A stretch of DNA of 51,905 bases, taken from IMG/VR virus record IMGVR_UViG_3300049026_000006, positions 1 to 51,905 of that record; one strand, 5' to 3'. The DNA comes from a virus. Its lineage: Duplodnaviria > Caudoviricetes. Below the pieces are notes generated by a model. The model saw nothing but the letters and a program-made list of their open reading frames with translations. It was not told where the DNA came from and searched no databases. Shown here piece after piece: positions 1-8,601 of the stretch (position 1 is its first letter; every line of letters begins with the position of its first letter). The translations under genes and the position numbers were made by a program.

Positions 1-126
1 TGAGCGTCTTCTTGCCTTTGATGTCGGCGAGTTGCTGCTCCCACTTGATCAATGCCTGCGCCTGGGCGCCAACACGCTCAGTAGCGATGCCCTGAGCATT
101 GAGTGAGGCGTTCTGTTGGAGCAGCA
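1..126. repeat. Terminal direct repeat (circular assembly overlap), copy 1
   Basis: 1..126 is identical to 51779..51904 and lies inside the tape measure gene. Confidence 0.97.
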
Positions 127-1783
127 CGGCCTGGGTCTGGCGAGCGGCGTCCAAAGCCTTCATTCCGGCGTCTTCGGTATAGGCCTTTGGCTTTTCCTGG
201 CTTTTATCGAACTTGGCCTGGATGTCCGCGACTACCTTGTCGATTTCCGCCTGAGACCTGCCGGCCTCGACACCAAGCTCCCTGGCATCGGCGATGTCCT
301 TCGCCAGCTTGGCCTGATCAGATAGCTCCTTCTTGGCCAAGGCATTGAACTTGCTGGTGGCCTCAATGCGAGCCTGATCCTTGCGGCCTTCATCGCCGGC
401 CAGAGCTGCCCTGGATTGCTCCACGACAAGACCGGTCTTGAGTATGGTCAGCCGTCGTTCAAGCGCCTCATTGGAGTCGTCATTTTCTCCATCATCAAGG
501 CCAAGAGCACTGTTGAGTCCGCTAAGTCCATTGGACACGGCGCCAGCCAGTCCGCCTTCTTTGCGGGTCCTGAGAATTCGCTCAATGATCTCAATCTGCT
601 TCGCCGAGTCGGGGAACAGTTCGCCGCGAACCTTGCTGTAGGCATTGCTGATAGCCGTTCCAATATCGTTCCAGTCGCGTTCGATATCAGAAAGAGAATC
701 TCGGTATCGCTTGAATCTTGCCTGGGCGTTCTGGTTGAGGTTTTCACTCAGGACGTCAAGAGCCTCCTGTTTTTTGCCTTGGTCATCAAGGCCCTTGATC
801 ACTTCATATTGAGCGCTGGTCAGTAGCCCGTATTGAGCGCTGATCTTCTCGGCGGCTTTGGTTGCGTTATTCCCCATGTCGCCAAGGGACTTCGCAACGT
901 CACCCGCACTTTTCCCGGTGAACTCGCCAATTGCGGTTGCTGCTTCGGCCAGGTTGCGGAATTGGACCTGGCTGAGCCCCGAACTGGCTGCGAGAGCAAT
1001 AACAGCGTTTTTCGCTTCGCCCAGGCGACCAGTAATCTCGGATGCGTTCTTTGCGATCGCTGAGAGGGTTCCGGCAGTTTGCCCCGAGCTTGCGGAACCG
1101 GAAAACAATGCCTTGTTAAATGCGCTTGCTTCCTTTTCGGCATCGTAATAAACCGCCGCAAGGGTCCCAAGGCCCGCGGCAAGCACCGTGAACGGATTCA
1201 CCAGGCCAAGGATGTACCCGCCAAGGGCCTTCGCCGCCGGTCCGATGCCACCGAACATGTCCTTAAGCTGGCCGCCCTGCTGTAGGAACACAGTCAGCGG
1301 TGCCTGGCCGCCCTGGAGAGACGTGGCGATGTCCGTGAACTGAGCCGGAACCCCACGCAGTGCCGCCGCTGTTGCTTTGGCGGTCATGCCGGTCTTGTTC
1401 AGATCGGTATTGAATCGGCCGAGATCAGCGCGCGACGTGTTGATCTTTGCCTGGTAGTCGGAAAAGGTGTCCGCGTCGATCAGCCCGAGCTTGCGGTTCT
1501 TCGCCAGCTCTTTCTCTTGCCTGTCCAGCTCGCCGAGCTTGCGCGTAACCGGATCGATGCTGCCCAGAAGCTCTTCGAGCTCCTCCCGCTGGGTTTTGAC
1601 CTTCTTCCCGGCGGCCTGGGAGGAATCGCCGACCGCATCAATCCCTTTGGCGGCCTTGTCCATTGCTGGCTTGGTGCGGAGCCCGGCGCCCTCCAGGGCC
1701 TCAAGCGCCTTGCGCGTATCGGCCGCCTTTTGCTCGGCATCGCGGCTATCGATCTCAAGGACCAGGCGTGAAGTTTGAGCCAT
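1..1783 (-). CDS. Tail tape measure protein, N-terminal part (continues at 51778..50616; about 981 aa in total)
   Basis: ATG at 1783 (MAQTSRLVLEIDSRDAEQKA...). The frame is open to base 1 and in frame with the 50616 ORF across the junction (KKTL|TADQ). Contains the lambda-type TMP motif QFTDIATSLQGGQAPLTVFLQQGGQLKD. Missing from the ORF track because it runs off the edge. Confidence 0.93.
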   Translation of the reverse strand, partial: MAQTSRLVLEIDSRDAEQKAADTRKALEALEGAGLRTKPAMDKAAKGIDAVGDSSQAAGKKVKTQREELEELLGSIDPVTRKLGELDRQEKELAKNRKLGLIDADTFSDYQAKINTSRADLGRFNTDLNKTGMTAKATAAALRGVPAQFTDIATSLQGGQAPLTVFLQQGGQLKDMFGGIGPAAKALGGYILGLVNPFTVLAAGLGTLAAVYYDAEKEASAFNKALFSGSASSGQTAGTLSAIAKNASEITGRLGEAKNAVIALAASSGLSQVQFRNLAEAATAIGEFTGKSAGDVAKSLGDMGNNATKAAEKISAQYGLLTSAQYEVIKGLDDQGKKQEALDVLSENLNQNAQARFKRYRDSLSDIERDWNDIGTAISNAYSKVRGELFPDSAKQIEIIERILRTRKEGGLAGAVSNGLSGLNSALGLDDGENDDSNEALERRLTILKTGLVVEQSRAALAGDEGRKDQARIEATSKFNALAKKELSDQAKLAKDIADARELGVEAGRSQAEIDKVVADIQAKFDKSQEKPKAYTEDAGMKALDAARQTQAVLLQQNASLNAQGIATERVGAQAQALIKWEQQLADIKGKKTL

Positions 1784-1818
1784 GTTGCCTCCGGGCAAAA
1801 TTGCCGCAGGGCGGCGGA

Positions 1819-2142
1819 TCAGTCGTCGTTTTCACTCAGGCACATGGCATCGAGCACAAACATCACCTCGTCCACCTCTCGGCGGTCCAGCGGGGATGGA
1901 TGGGCATCAAGCCAATCTGAGATTTCTCGGGCGGACAGTGGGAGCGGGAACGCTCCAACCATGGTGGTGATGAACCGGCGGCCCCGGCAGACGCCGAAGA
2001 AGGTTTCAAGCAGGTGCTTGGTGATGGGGTCAGTCGGCGGCTCTTCGGGGATCGCCATGCGCAACCGCTCGTAGATGGCTCGGCGCTTATCGGCCTGGCC
2101 GCCCCACTCCCGCTCCCACTCGAACCGGGCTACTGCTTTTCC
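1819..2142 (-). CDS. Tail assembly chaperone C-terminal extension (gpT-like), reached by -1 frameshift
   Basis: The -1 frame is open from the slippery site (KAVARFEWEREWGGQADKRRAIYERLRMAIPEEPP...) to the stop at 1819; lies between the chaperone and TMP genes. Confidence 0.8.
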   Translation of the reverse strand, partial: GKAVARFEWEREWGGQADKRRAIYERLRMAIPEEPPTDPITKHLLETFFGVCRGRRFITTMVGAFPLPLSAREISDWLDAHPSPLDRREVDEVMFVLDAMCLSENDD

Positions 2143-2543
2143 ACGGTTTCAGCCAGTTCCTTGCTTGCTTCGACGGTGGACTTGCTGCCCTCCTTCAGGA
2201 CGAACAGGAAGAAGTCGATGTTGGACTCGAGCAGTTCAGTGCAGGCGCCCACGTCGAACTTGAGGGGGTTCCCCTGATCGTCCTGCACGCCGTCCCAATC
2301 TTTGACGACGAACTGAGCCAGCAGCGAGCAATGACTCTGGTGCTCGGTCTTCTCGCCAGGAACCACCCCAATTTCGCCCTCTTCGAACCTCGCGTCGTTG
2401 CGCTGAATGCGGCGACGAACACGCTCGAGGGCGATCAGGTATTCAGGGTTATCGATGCCGCCCAACTGAATCTTGGTGTCTTTGTCGAACTTGGCCCAGC
2501 GCAGGTCGCTGACTGGTGCCTTCTTGCTCAGTGTGAGAGCCAT
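2130..2543 (-). CDS. Tail assembly chaperone (gpG-like)
   Basis: 137 aa, between the tail tube and TMP genes; ends in a slippery site. Confidence 0.8.
   Translation of the reverse strand: MALTLSKKAPVSDLRWAKFDKDTKIQLGGIDNPEYLIALERVRRRIQRNDARFEEGEIGVVPGEKTEHQSHCSLLAQFVVKDWDGVQDDQGNPLKFDVGACTELLESNIDFFLFVLKEGSKSTVEASKELAETVEKQ
2136..2142 (-). other. Programmed -1 ribosomal frameshift slippery site G GAA AAG
   Basis: GTG GAA AAG CAG TAG at the end of the gpG-like gene; same position as the lambda G/GT frameshift. Confidence 0.8.
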
Positions 2544-2620
2544 GCTGAATCCTCAACGCCACGCCAATAAAAGGACCGCCCCGGCTGGCGTTCAAGCCGG
2601 AGCAGTCAAAGGGGTTCGTG

Positions 2621-3784
2621 TTACACGGTGACCGTGATCGTCGCGGTGTCGGTCTTGGTGCCGTCTGCCACGCTGGTGGCGGTGATGACCGCAGTACCGG
2701 CCGATACGCCTGTGACCAGGCCGGAGCTGTTCACGGTCGCCACGCTCGGGGTTGCGCTGGACCAGGTAACGGCCTGGCTCGCACCGATTGGCGCCACAAC
2801 GGCAGTCAGTTGCTCGGTCTCTGCAATCGCGATGGAGGCGGTGGCAGGCGTCACCGTCACGGAAGTTACGGCCGTTGGCGATACCAGGCGGGTGATGGTT
2901 GGGCTGATCTTGGCGACGGTGTAGTTCAGCGTCACCTCGATCAGGTCGCGCTTGCCGCCGCTCGGAAGCTCGCCATCCACCTCCACCGCGGGGAAGTTGA
3001 AGGTGTACTTGTTGCCCAGGGCGTCGGTGATTGGAAAAACAACCGAGATCGGCAAGCGAGTGAAGGTCTTCTTCCAGATCTCCCATGCGCGCTTCGACCA
3101 GGCCAGGGTGATGGTGCCGGTGATGGCCGCCTCGGTGGCGATCTGGGCGCCCGGGCCGAGCTTGGTGTTCCCGATGCAGCGCTGGGCCTGGAGGCTGTTG
3201 TCCAGATTGATGGTCATTGCCGATACGCAGGCCACGCCTTCCAGGCTTTCGCCATCAACCATCACCGTGCCGACATGGTTGTTCGACAGGAATGGCGTGG
3301 TGGTGGGCGCGTTCGGAGACACGACAATCGGGTCTTCACTGTCGGCGTAGTCCAGACAGGCCATGTTGAACGTGGTCGTCACCTTGCCGTCGGACGGGAT
3401 GTCCAGGGCGAAGGTCGACACGTGGGCGCCCTTGAACACGCTGTACACGCCGACGTCGTTGTAGCCCTTGGCGATGCTGTAGGTGCTGCGGATATCCCCC
3501 ACAGACAGCACGTCGCCGGTCCAGGCGCCATAGAAGGCAGCCTCCAGCAACTGATCGAACGACGCGAACGAGAACTCTGCCGTCAAGTCGCCGCCGATAT
3601 CGGTGCTGGTGGCGACAGAGCCCTGGCTGATACGCGAGTCGGTGATCTCATCACTGACTGCGACGTTTACGGTGGGGGTCAGCGCGTTGCCAGTTAGGCG
3701 CAGCGTGTCCCAGGTGCCTGCCGGGGTAACGCCTGGCGTCACCTCTTTGATGATGTGACTTACAACCTTGGCTCCGCTCGACAT
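2621..3784 (-). CDS. Major tail tube protein with C-terminal Ig-like (Big_2) domain
   Basis: MSSGAKV...EVTPGVTP N-terminus of siphoviral tube proteins; C-terminal VTWSSATPSVATVNSSGLVTGVSAGTAVITAT Ig-like motif. Confidence 0.88.
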   Translation of the reverse strand: MSSGAKVVSHIIKEVTPGVTPAGTWDTLRLTGNALTPTVNVAVSDEITDSRISQGSVATSTDIGGDLTAEFSFASFDQLLEAAFYGAWTGDVLSVGDIRSTYSIAKGYNDVGVYSVFKGAHVSTFALDIPSDGKVTTTFNMACLDYADSEDPIVVSPNAPTTTPFLSNNHVGTVMVDGESLEGVACVSAMTINLDNSLQAQRCIGNTKLGPGAQIATEAAITGTITLAWSKRAWEIWKKTFTRLPISVVFPITDALGNKYTFNFPAVEVDGELPSGGKRDLIEVTLNYTVAKISPTITRLVSPTAVTSVTVTPATASIAIAETEQLTAVVAPIGASQAVTWSSATPSVATVNSSGLVTGVSAGTAVITATSVADGTKTDTATITVTV

Positions 3785-3809
3785 ATTGGTGTCTCCTGAT
3801 TGCGGGCAT

Positions 3810-3831
3810 AAAAAAACCCGCTCAAGGCGGG
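3810..3831 (-). terminator. Rho-independent terminator upstream of the tail tube gene
   Basis: CCCGC-CTTGA-GCGGG hairpin followed by T7 on the minus strand. Confidence 0.65.
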
Positions 3832-3849
3832 CGGGCGGTGTTGCCTGGA

Positions 3850-4245
3850 TCAGCCGGCGCGGAACCGGATGTTCACGTTGATCTGGTAGAAGCCTTCAAA
3901 CTCGCCGGCAACCACTTGGCTGGCCTCCATGCTTTCAAAGTCACCGGACATCCAGTAGGCGAAGTGCGCTTCGAGCGCATCGGCCAGCTCGTTGATGGCC
4001 CTGGTCCCGGTGTGCACCCTGGCAAAGCACTGAGCGCTGATTTGCCCAGGCTTGCGGGTATATGGCTGGTCTGCCATGCCGGCCATGAAGGCCGTGCCGT
4101 ACTGGATATTCAGCCTGCACCAGAGTCCGGTCGCCGGCGGCGTGAACACTTCCGGCTGGTTCGGGTAATCGATCCGCGCCTGGTCAATGCCAGTGAAGGC
4201 CACCATGCGTCCGGTGATGAGCGCCCTGATTTGCTCGAAGGTCAT
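3850..4245 (-). CDS. Tail terminator/completion protein
   Basis: 131 aa immediately upstream of the tail tube gene; YPN..F.PP..GLWCRL and C-terminal YQINVNIRF patterns. Confidence 0.7.
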   Translation of the reverse strand: MTFEQIRALITGRMVAFTGIDQARIDYPNQPEVFTPPATGLWCRLNIQYGTAFMAGMADQPYTRKPGQISAQCFARVHTGTRAINELADALEAHFAYWMSGDFESMEASQVVAGEFEGFYQINVNIRFRAG

Positions 4246-4820
4246 GTTTTGTAGGCCTCGGATACGCTGATGAACGCTAGGTCATAGACCCCGTTGGGCG
4301 CTTGCTTGGAATGCCCAAGCTCGATCATTTCCCCGTAGGGGATGTTCGTTTGGATGTAGATGACGGGGAACTGGCCTGAAGCCCTGATTAGCATGCCGCC
4401 CTTGCTGATCGTTTCGCTGCCTGACGGGTCTATGTTTTCGGTTATGGACATGTCTGGCGCGCCGATAGAGACCGTATGGCTGCCACGGTATCTGCCGCCC
4501 ACATAGCCCTGCCCAGCTGCCTTGGCGTCGACAAAGAAGTTCTCTTTGCGCTCACGCTGAGTCAGCTTCTTGAATTTCTTGCGGCCAGTGTTGCTGGCGT
4601 TGCGTGCATCGACATTGGCGTCATAGGCATCGGCCAAAGCCACGTTCCTGCTTTTGAGTGCGATGTTCGCCTGCCAAAGGTCGGGGTTGCCGACAGGAGA
4701 GCGAGCCACAACCTCATTGAGCATCGCCAGTGCAATAGCACGAGCCATTTCCGTAACTTCCTCGCCAGCCTGATCTGCGAATTCCGTTAGGCTGTGACTC
4801 CAGCCGGCTTTAGCTGCCAT
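4242..4820 (-). CDS. Neck/tail morphogenesis protein (HK97 gp10-like)
   Basis: RSPVG...GRYRGSH...IYIQTNIPYGEMIELGHSKQAPNG motifs; synteny. Confidence 0.75.
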   Translation of the reverse strand: MAAKAGWSHSLTEFADQAGEEVTEMARAIALAMLNEVVARSPVGNPDLWQANIALKSRNVALADAYDANVDARNASNTGRKKFKKLTQRERKENFFVDAKAAGQGYVGGRYRGSHTVSIGAPDMSITENIDPSGSETISKGGMLIRASGQFPVIYIQTNIPYGEMIELGHSKQAPNGVYDLAFISVSEAYKT

Positions 4821-5179
4821 CAGACCTTCCTCAGCTGGATCTCGAAATGCGCGCCTGCTGGATCCTTTTTGACGTTGACCACGTCGAAATCGTTGATCTT
4901 GTGGCCGATGTCCGGAGTGCCACCAATCGTTTCGTTGGTCAGCGCGATCAGCAACTGGTCAGTGGCGCGAATGTTCACGCCGTCCACCTGATCCATCTTG
5001 AAGGCGTCGAAAGTTCCCCGCCCCGTGTAAGCAATCACCACAGGGGGCCCGGCCACCTCTGTGACCGGATCCCAGGTTCCTGGCAGTGTCACGCCGCCGC
5101 TGAATGGCTGCACAGCGTCCGCCAGGTCGGTATCGAAGGCCTCGGCGAGATCCTTCTGTATGTCGTCTCGCAGGCCCAT
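4820..5179 (-). CDS. Head closure / head-tail joining protein
   Basis: 119 aa with a WDPVT motif and C-terminal KDPAGAHFEIQLRK; synteny. Confidence 0.65.
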   Translation of the reverse strand: MGLRDDIQKDLAEAFDTDLADAVQPFSGGVTLPGTWDPVTEVAGPPVVIAYTGRGTFDAFKMDQVDGVNIRATDQLLIALTNETIGGTPDIGHKINDFDVVNVKKDPAGAHFEIQLRKV

Positions 5180-5180
5180 A

Positions 5181-5549
5181 TCAGCACCTCACGACTTTGA
5201 CCTGGCCTGAGCCGAGGTAATGAGCCAGCAGAGCCAAGGCGAAGGACTCGCCAGCGCTGATGGTGCTGGACGACTCAGAGAACGACTTGCTGCTAGAAAC
5301 ACTGCCAGCACTGACAGACTTGGCCGTTACGCCGGTTTCCTTGGCTCCGTAGATGTTGCCGGCGGCTGCCTCCCTGGCAATCTCGGCGCCGGCCTGGATC
5401 ACATCATCCGGGATCGGGTCGAACTCTGGCAGACCGAGATTGGTAAGCCAGGTGTTCGCCATCAGCACCGCGCGCGGCTTCTTGTCTTCGGTGGTCCATG
5501 TCGGCCCAAGCAGGGCGTCCACGTCCGCCACGGTGATGTAGGTAGTCAT
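5181..5549 (-). CDS. Head-tail adaptor/connector
   Basis: MTTYITVADVDA start typical of adaptors; synteny after the capsid gene. Confidence 0.65.
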   Translation of the reverse strand: MTTYITVADVDALLGPTWTTEDKKPRAVLMANTWLTNLGLPEFDPIPDDVIQAGAEIAREAAAGNIYGAKETGVTAKSVSAGSVSSSKSFSESSSTISAGESFALALLAHYLGSGQVKVVRC

Positions 5550-5586
5550 CTGGACTCCGTTTCAATGATCGGCCGTAGGCCTGGTG

Positions 5587-6111
5587 TTACGCCTTATCTA
5601 GTTCGTCGACCTGCTTTTGCAGCGACTCTTTCGAGGCGTTGGAGCGGTAGGTGACTTTCGCGGCATCCAGCTTGGCTTTGAGCTCGGCGACCTCATTGGC
5701 CTCGGCGCCATCCTGGCGGGCTTTCTCTGCCTGCTGGAGGAGATTGTCGACCTGCAATTGCAAGGTCTTGGCTCTTTCAGCTTCGCCATCACGCTCGCGG
5801 ATCAGGCTTTCAGTGCCAGCGTTCACGGCCTCGAACATCAGGAACAGGCGTTCCGCTACAGGGCCAAGCTCACCGTCCGGTGGCGCCAACTCTTGGGCGG
5901 CGAACGAATCAACGATCAGGCCGACAGCTTCGAGCTCGGCGAGGAAGGCATCGATATCGACCCCCGAACTGCCCGCGCCAACAACCAGCACACGCGCCGG
6001 AGCAACTTCACCCTCAATCAGCGTGTGGAATTCTGGATTGAACTCGGACTCATCGATCAGGACATGATCGCCCTGCCCTTCGCCCCACGGTTTTACTTTG
6101 AGCTGTTTCAT
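5587..6111 (-). CDS. Capsid-associated protein with C-terminal HeH/LEM-like motif
   Basis: Follows the capsid gene; C-terminal VAELKAKLDAAKVTYRSNASKESL. Confidence 0.55.
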   Translation of the reverse strand: MKQLKVKPWGEGQGDHVLIDESEFNPEFHTLIEGEVAPARVLVVGAGSSGVDIDAFLAELEAVGLIVDSFAAQELAPPDGELGPVAERLFLMFEAVNAGTESLIRERDGEAERAKTLQLQVDNLLQQAEKARQDGAEANEVAELKAKLDAAKVTYRSNASKESLQKQVDELDKA

Positions 6112-6131
6112 GCGGATCTCCAGTCAATGCC

Positions 6132-6149
6132 CCGGGCCCGAAGGCCCGG
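6132..6149 (-). other. Stable cUUCGg hairpin after the capsid gene (mRNA 3' stabiliser or weak terminator)
   Basis: CCGGGCC-TTCG-GGCCCGG with no U tract. Confidence 0.5.
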
Positions 6150-6159
6150 CGCCGGTTGA

Positions 6160-7323
6160 TTAACCCAGCAGAATACCGATGTGCTCGGATTTGACCGCAG
6201 CGCAGCCCCAGGCCATCGCGATCTCGTACTGCATCTGACGGTACTGGGCGTACATCGAGATCTCGAAGCTCAGGCCGGTCAAAGGATCGGTGATGATCAT
6301 GCGATCCACCGCGGAGTCGCCCTGCTCCGGCAGTGCCGGGGCGCGGGTAGCCAGTGCGATGGCCGAGCGAGCGAAGAACATGTTCCGCGCGCTGGTCGCC
6401 GACAAGGTGATGGCGGTTGCAGCGGCAGGGATGGCCTTCATCAGGCCAGGCGCTGCCAGGGTGATGGTGCCGCCACCAGAAACGTCGGCATCACCAGCGA
6501 TCACCACGTACTTGTTGGGGTCGCCGGCGAAGCTGACCACATCACCAGCCAGGATGGTGCCGGTACCGGCCGAGGCCAGGGTGATGGTGGTGGCGCCGAC
6601 AGCGTAACCGGTGGTGTTGGTGGTGGAAGCGGCACCGGTGCCAGCAATCACGGTCTTGACCTGGGCCGACTGGCGCAGGGCCAGGTTTTGCAGGCGGTCG
6701 GTGATGCCGTTGCGCAGCATGTCCTCACGGCCCGACTCGTTGACCTTGAACAGCACGGACTGCTTGCCACGCAGGTTCGCCATGGCGCCGGTACCGAGCA
6801 CCATCTGGAAGTCCAGGCCCTGGGCGCCGTTCTCTTCCAGGATGCGCAGGGCGCCGGCGGAGTCGCTCAGGTCAGCCGCGGTGCCGAACGGTGCGGTGCC
6901 GGCGGTGCCGTAGGCGCGAGACGCTTTGACGTGCAGGGCGGCCAGGTCGGACTCGATCTCGTTGACCAGAGTGCGCATGCCTTGCTGAATCTGGTTCGAC
7001 AGGATGGTGTTGTAGCTGGCGCCGTTGTTGTCCAGGCCGCGCTTCTCTTCACCGTTCCAGCGGATCGGCACACGCCGAGCCTTGGTGATGGTCATCGCGA
7101 CGTTGCCGATGTTCTGGTCGCCATCGTCAGGCGGGGTCACCGCCGGGGTGATGTCGGACGCAGTGGCCGCCGGAGCAACCGGAGACATGACAGTCTGGCC
7201 GACAGCAGCGCGGTCGTAGGTCATGTCGGTGGTGACAGCAGGGATGAAGCCGACCAGTTCGCGGGACACGACGTCCAGCGCGTTGTACAGGGTCGGGATC
7301 AAGCCGGTGAGGGTGTTAGCCAT
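6160..7323 (-). CDS. Major capsid protein (P22 coat-like, HK97 fold)
   Basis: 387 aa, MANTLTGLIPTLYNALDVVSRELVGFIP; strong RBS (TAGGAG); follows the scaffold gene. Confidence 0.88.
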   Translation of the reverse strand: MANTLTGLIPTLYNALDVVSRELVGFIPAVTTDMTYDRAAVGQTVMSPVAPAATASDITPAVTPPDDGDQNIGNVAMTITKARRVPIRWNGEEKRGLDNNGASYNTILSNQIQQGMRTLVNEIESDLAALHVKASRAYGTAGTAPFGTAADLSDSAGALRILEENGAQGLDFQMVLGTGAMANLRGKQSVLFKVNESGREDMLRNGITDRLQNLALRQSAQVKTVIAGTGAASTTNTTGYAVGATTITLASAGTGTILAGDVVSFAGDPNKYVVIAGDADVSGGGTITLAAPGLMKAIPAAATAITLSATSARNMFFARSAIALATRAPALPEQGDSAVDRMIITDPLTGLSFEISMYAQYRQMQYEIAMAWGCAAVKSEHIGILLG

Positions 7324-7366
7324 GGTGAAACTCCTAAGGGATCGATGTTTGAGTGTTCAGACTTGC

Positions 7367-7407
7367 GGGCCATCCGACCCAAGCACCGATCCCCATCCGA
7401 GGACCGG
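7367..7407 (-). promoter_or_regulatory. Two C-GGAU-G stem-loops in the capsid leader
   Basis: GGGTC-GGAT-GGCCC and CCGGTCCTC-GGAT-GGGGATCGG on the mRNA strand. Confidence 0.55.
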
Positions 7408-7421
7408 CATACTGTTTGGTG

Positions 7422-8186
7422 TCATTCAGTGACGACACCACCTTCGCGCGCGAACGAGGCCTGATCAGCCGGAGCCATGGAGTCCCAGTTCGTGCGCGAA
7501 ATGGATTTCTTGCCACCAGGGTTCTGCCCCTGGTGCGCACCGCCGCCATTGGCGCCGGAGCTTTTAAGGATGTGTGCCTTGTGCGGGTAGGAATCCACCA
7601 GAAGCTCGATGGCTTCGTCGGCGGACGCGAGCTCGCCAGGGCGGACGCGGGAGAACAACTTGTTGCCGGTCGGGTCGTAACCAACGACTTTGCCGTCTTC
7701 GACCTTCAGGCTGCTGCCGAACAAGGCGCGGGCGATCTCGACGCCGGCCGGGCCTTCCGCTGCGAACTTCTCGGCGATGAACTTGGACGAGGCGAAGGCG
7801 CCACCGATCAGGTGGTTATTGAGCTGGCCTTTCAGCGTCTCGTTTTCCTTGACGACCGGGGAGTACTTCTCCTCGAACGCCTTGATCGCCTCGTTCTTGA
7901 CTCGCTCGACTTCGCCGGCGTCGACCAGCTTCTTGTCGTCCAGGTTCTTGACGGTGTTCAGAGCTTTCAACGCTGCGGCAGGGTCGGCGATGCCTTCGAA
8001 GCCCTTCAAAGCCGTTTCAGCGGTCTCTGCCCGCTCACGGTGGGACTTGGCCTCGCCATTCAGGCGGGAGATCGTGGCGACCGTACCAGGTGCATCGAAT
8101 GGCACTTCCTTGCCGTCGTCATGGACATAAACCGGCTTGCCGTCTTGAAGTACCGCGTGGCCTTGATCGTCGAGCTTGAGTTTCAT
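7422..8186 (-). CDS. Capsid scaffolding protein (DUF6651-like)
   Basis: Start MKLKLDDQG with GGAG RBS; coiled coil; Gly-rich tail ending GGVVTE; directly upstream of the capsid gene. Confidence 0.8.
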   Translation of the reverse strand: MKLKLDDQGHAVLQDGKPVYVHDDGKEVPFDAPGTVATISRLNGEAKSHRERAETAETALKGFEGIADPAAALKALNTVKNLDDKKLVDAGEVERVKNEAIKAFEEKYSPVVKENETLKGQLNNHLIGGAFASSKFIAEKFAAEGPAGVEIARALFGSSLKVEDGKVVGYDPTGNKLFSRVRPGELASADEAIELLVDSYPHKAHILKSSGANGGGAHQGQNPGGKKSISRTNWDSMAPADQASFAREGGVVTE

Positions 8187-8196
8187 GTGGTTCTCC

Positions 8197-8250
8197 GGGC
8201 ATCCGCCCATCTGTGCGACATCCGCCGCTGTTCGCCCTATCCCATCCGGG
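8197..8250 (-). promoter_or_regulatory. Three C-GGAU-G stem-loops in the scaffold leader
   Basis: CCC-GGAT-GGG, GCGGC-GGAT-GTCGC and GGGC-GGAT-GCCC; the last abuts the SD. Confidence 0.6.
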
Positions 8251-8261
8251 TTTCAGGCACG

Positions 8262-8323
8262 AAAAAGCCCCGGCGAGTGCCAGGGCTAGAATTTGGGGCA
8301 ATAAAAAACCCGCTCTCAGCGGG
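8262..8323 (-). terminator. Two tandem Rho-independent terminators
   Basis: Hairpin plus T tract at 8303..8323 and at 8262..8287 on the minus strand. Confidence 0.6.
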
Positions 8324-8339
8324 CTTCAGCGATTCGGTA

Positions 8340-8594
8340 TTACCTGCTTAGGACAATCCTCTCGCCTCTCATGAAGCAGAGCGCACACAAGAACTGTCTT
8401 GTCCCGCCAGTGGCCTTTCCGTTCTTGTGCACCATGCCGATCTTTGTCTGAATGACCTCAGCACCACCACAGCGGTGACAGCAGATCATCTCGGCAGGCC
8501 TGGGCATTTCACGCACGCGCTTCATCGCTCGCTCTTTCGGAGTATCCGGAGCGGGCGATCCTTCGATCACATGGAATTTTGGCTTGTCGGTCAT
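8340..8594 (-). CDS. Small zinc-ribbon protein
   Basis: MTDKPKFHVIEG...CHRCGG...CALC; inserted between the minor head and scaffold genes. Confidence 0.6.
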   Translation of the reverse strand: MTDKPKFHVIEGSPAPDTPKERAMKRVREMPRPAEMICCHRCGGAEVIQTKIGMVHKNGKATGGTRQFLCALCFMRGERIVLSR

Positions 8595-8601
8595 CCGGCC
8601 A

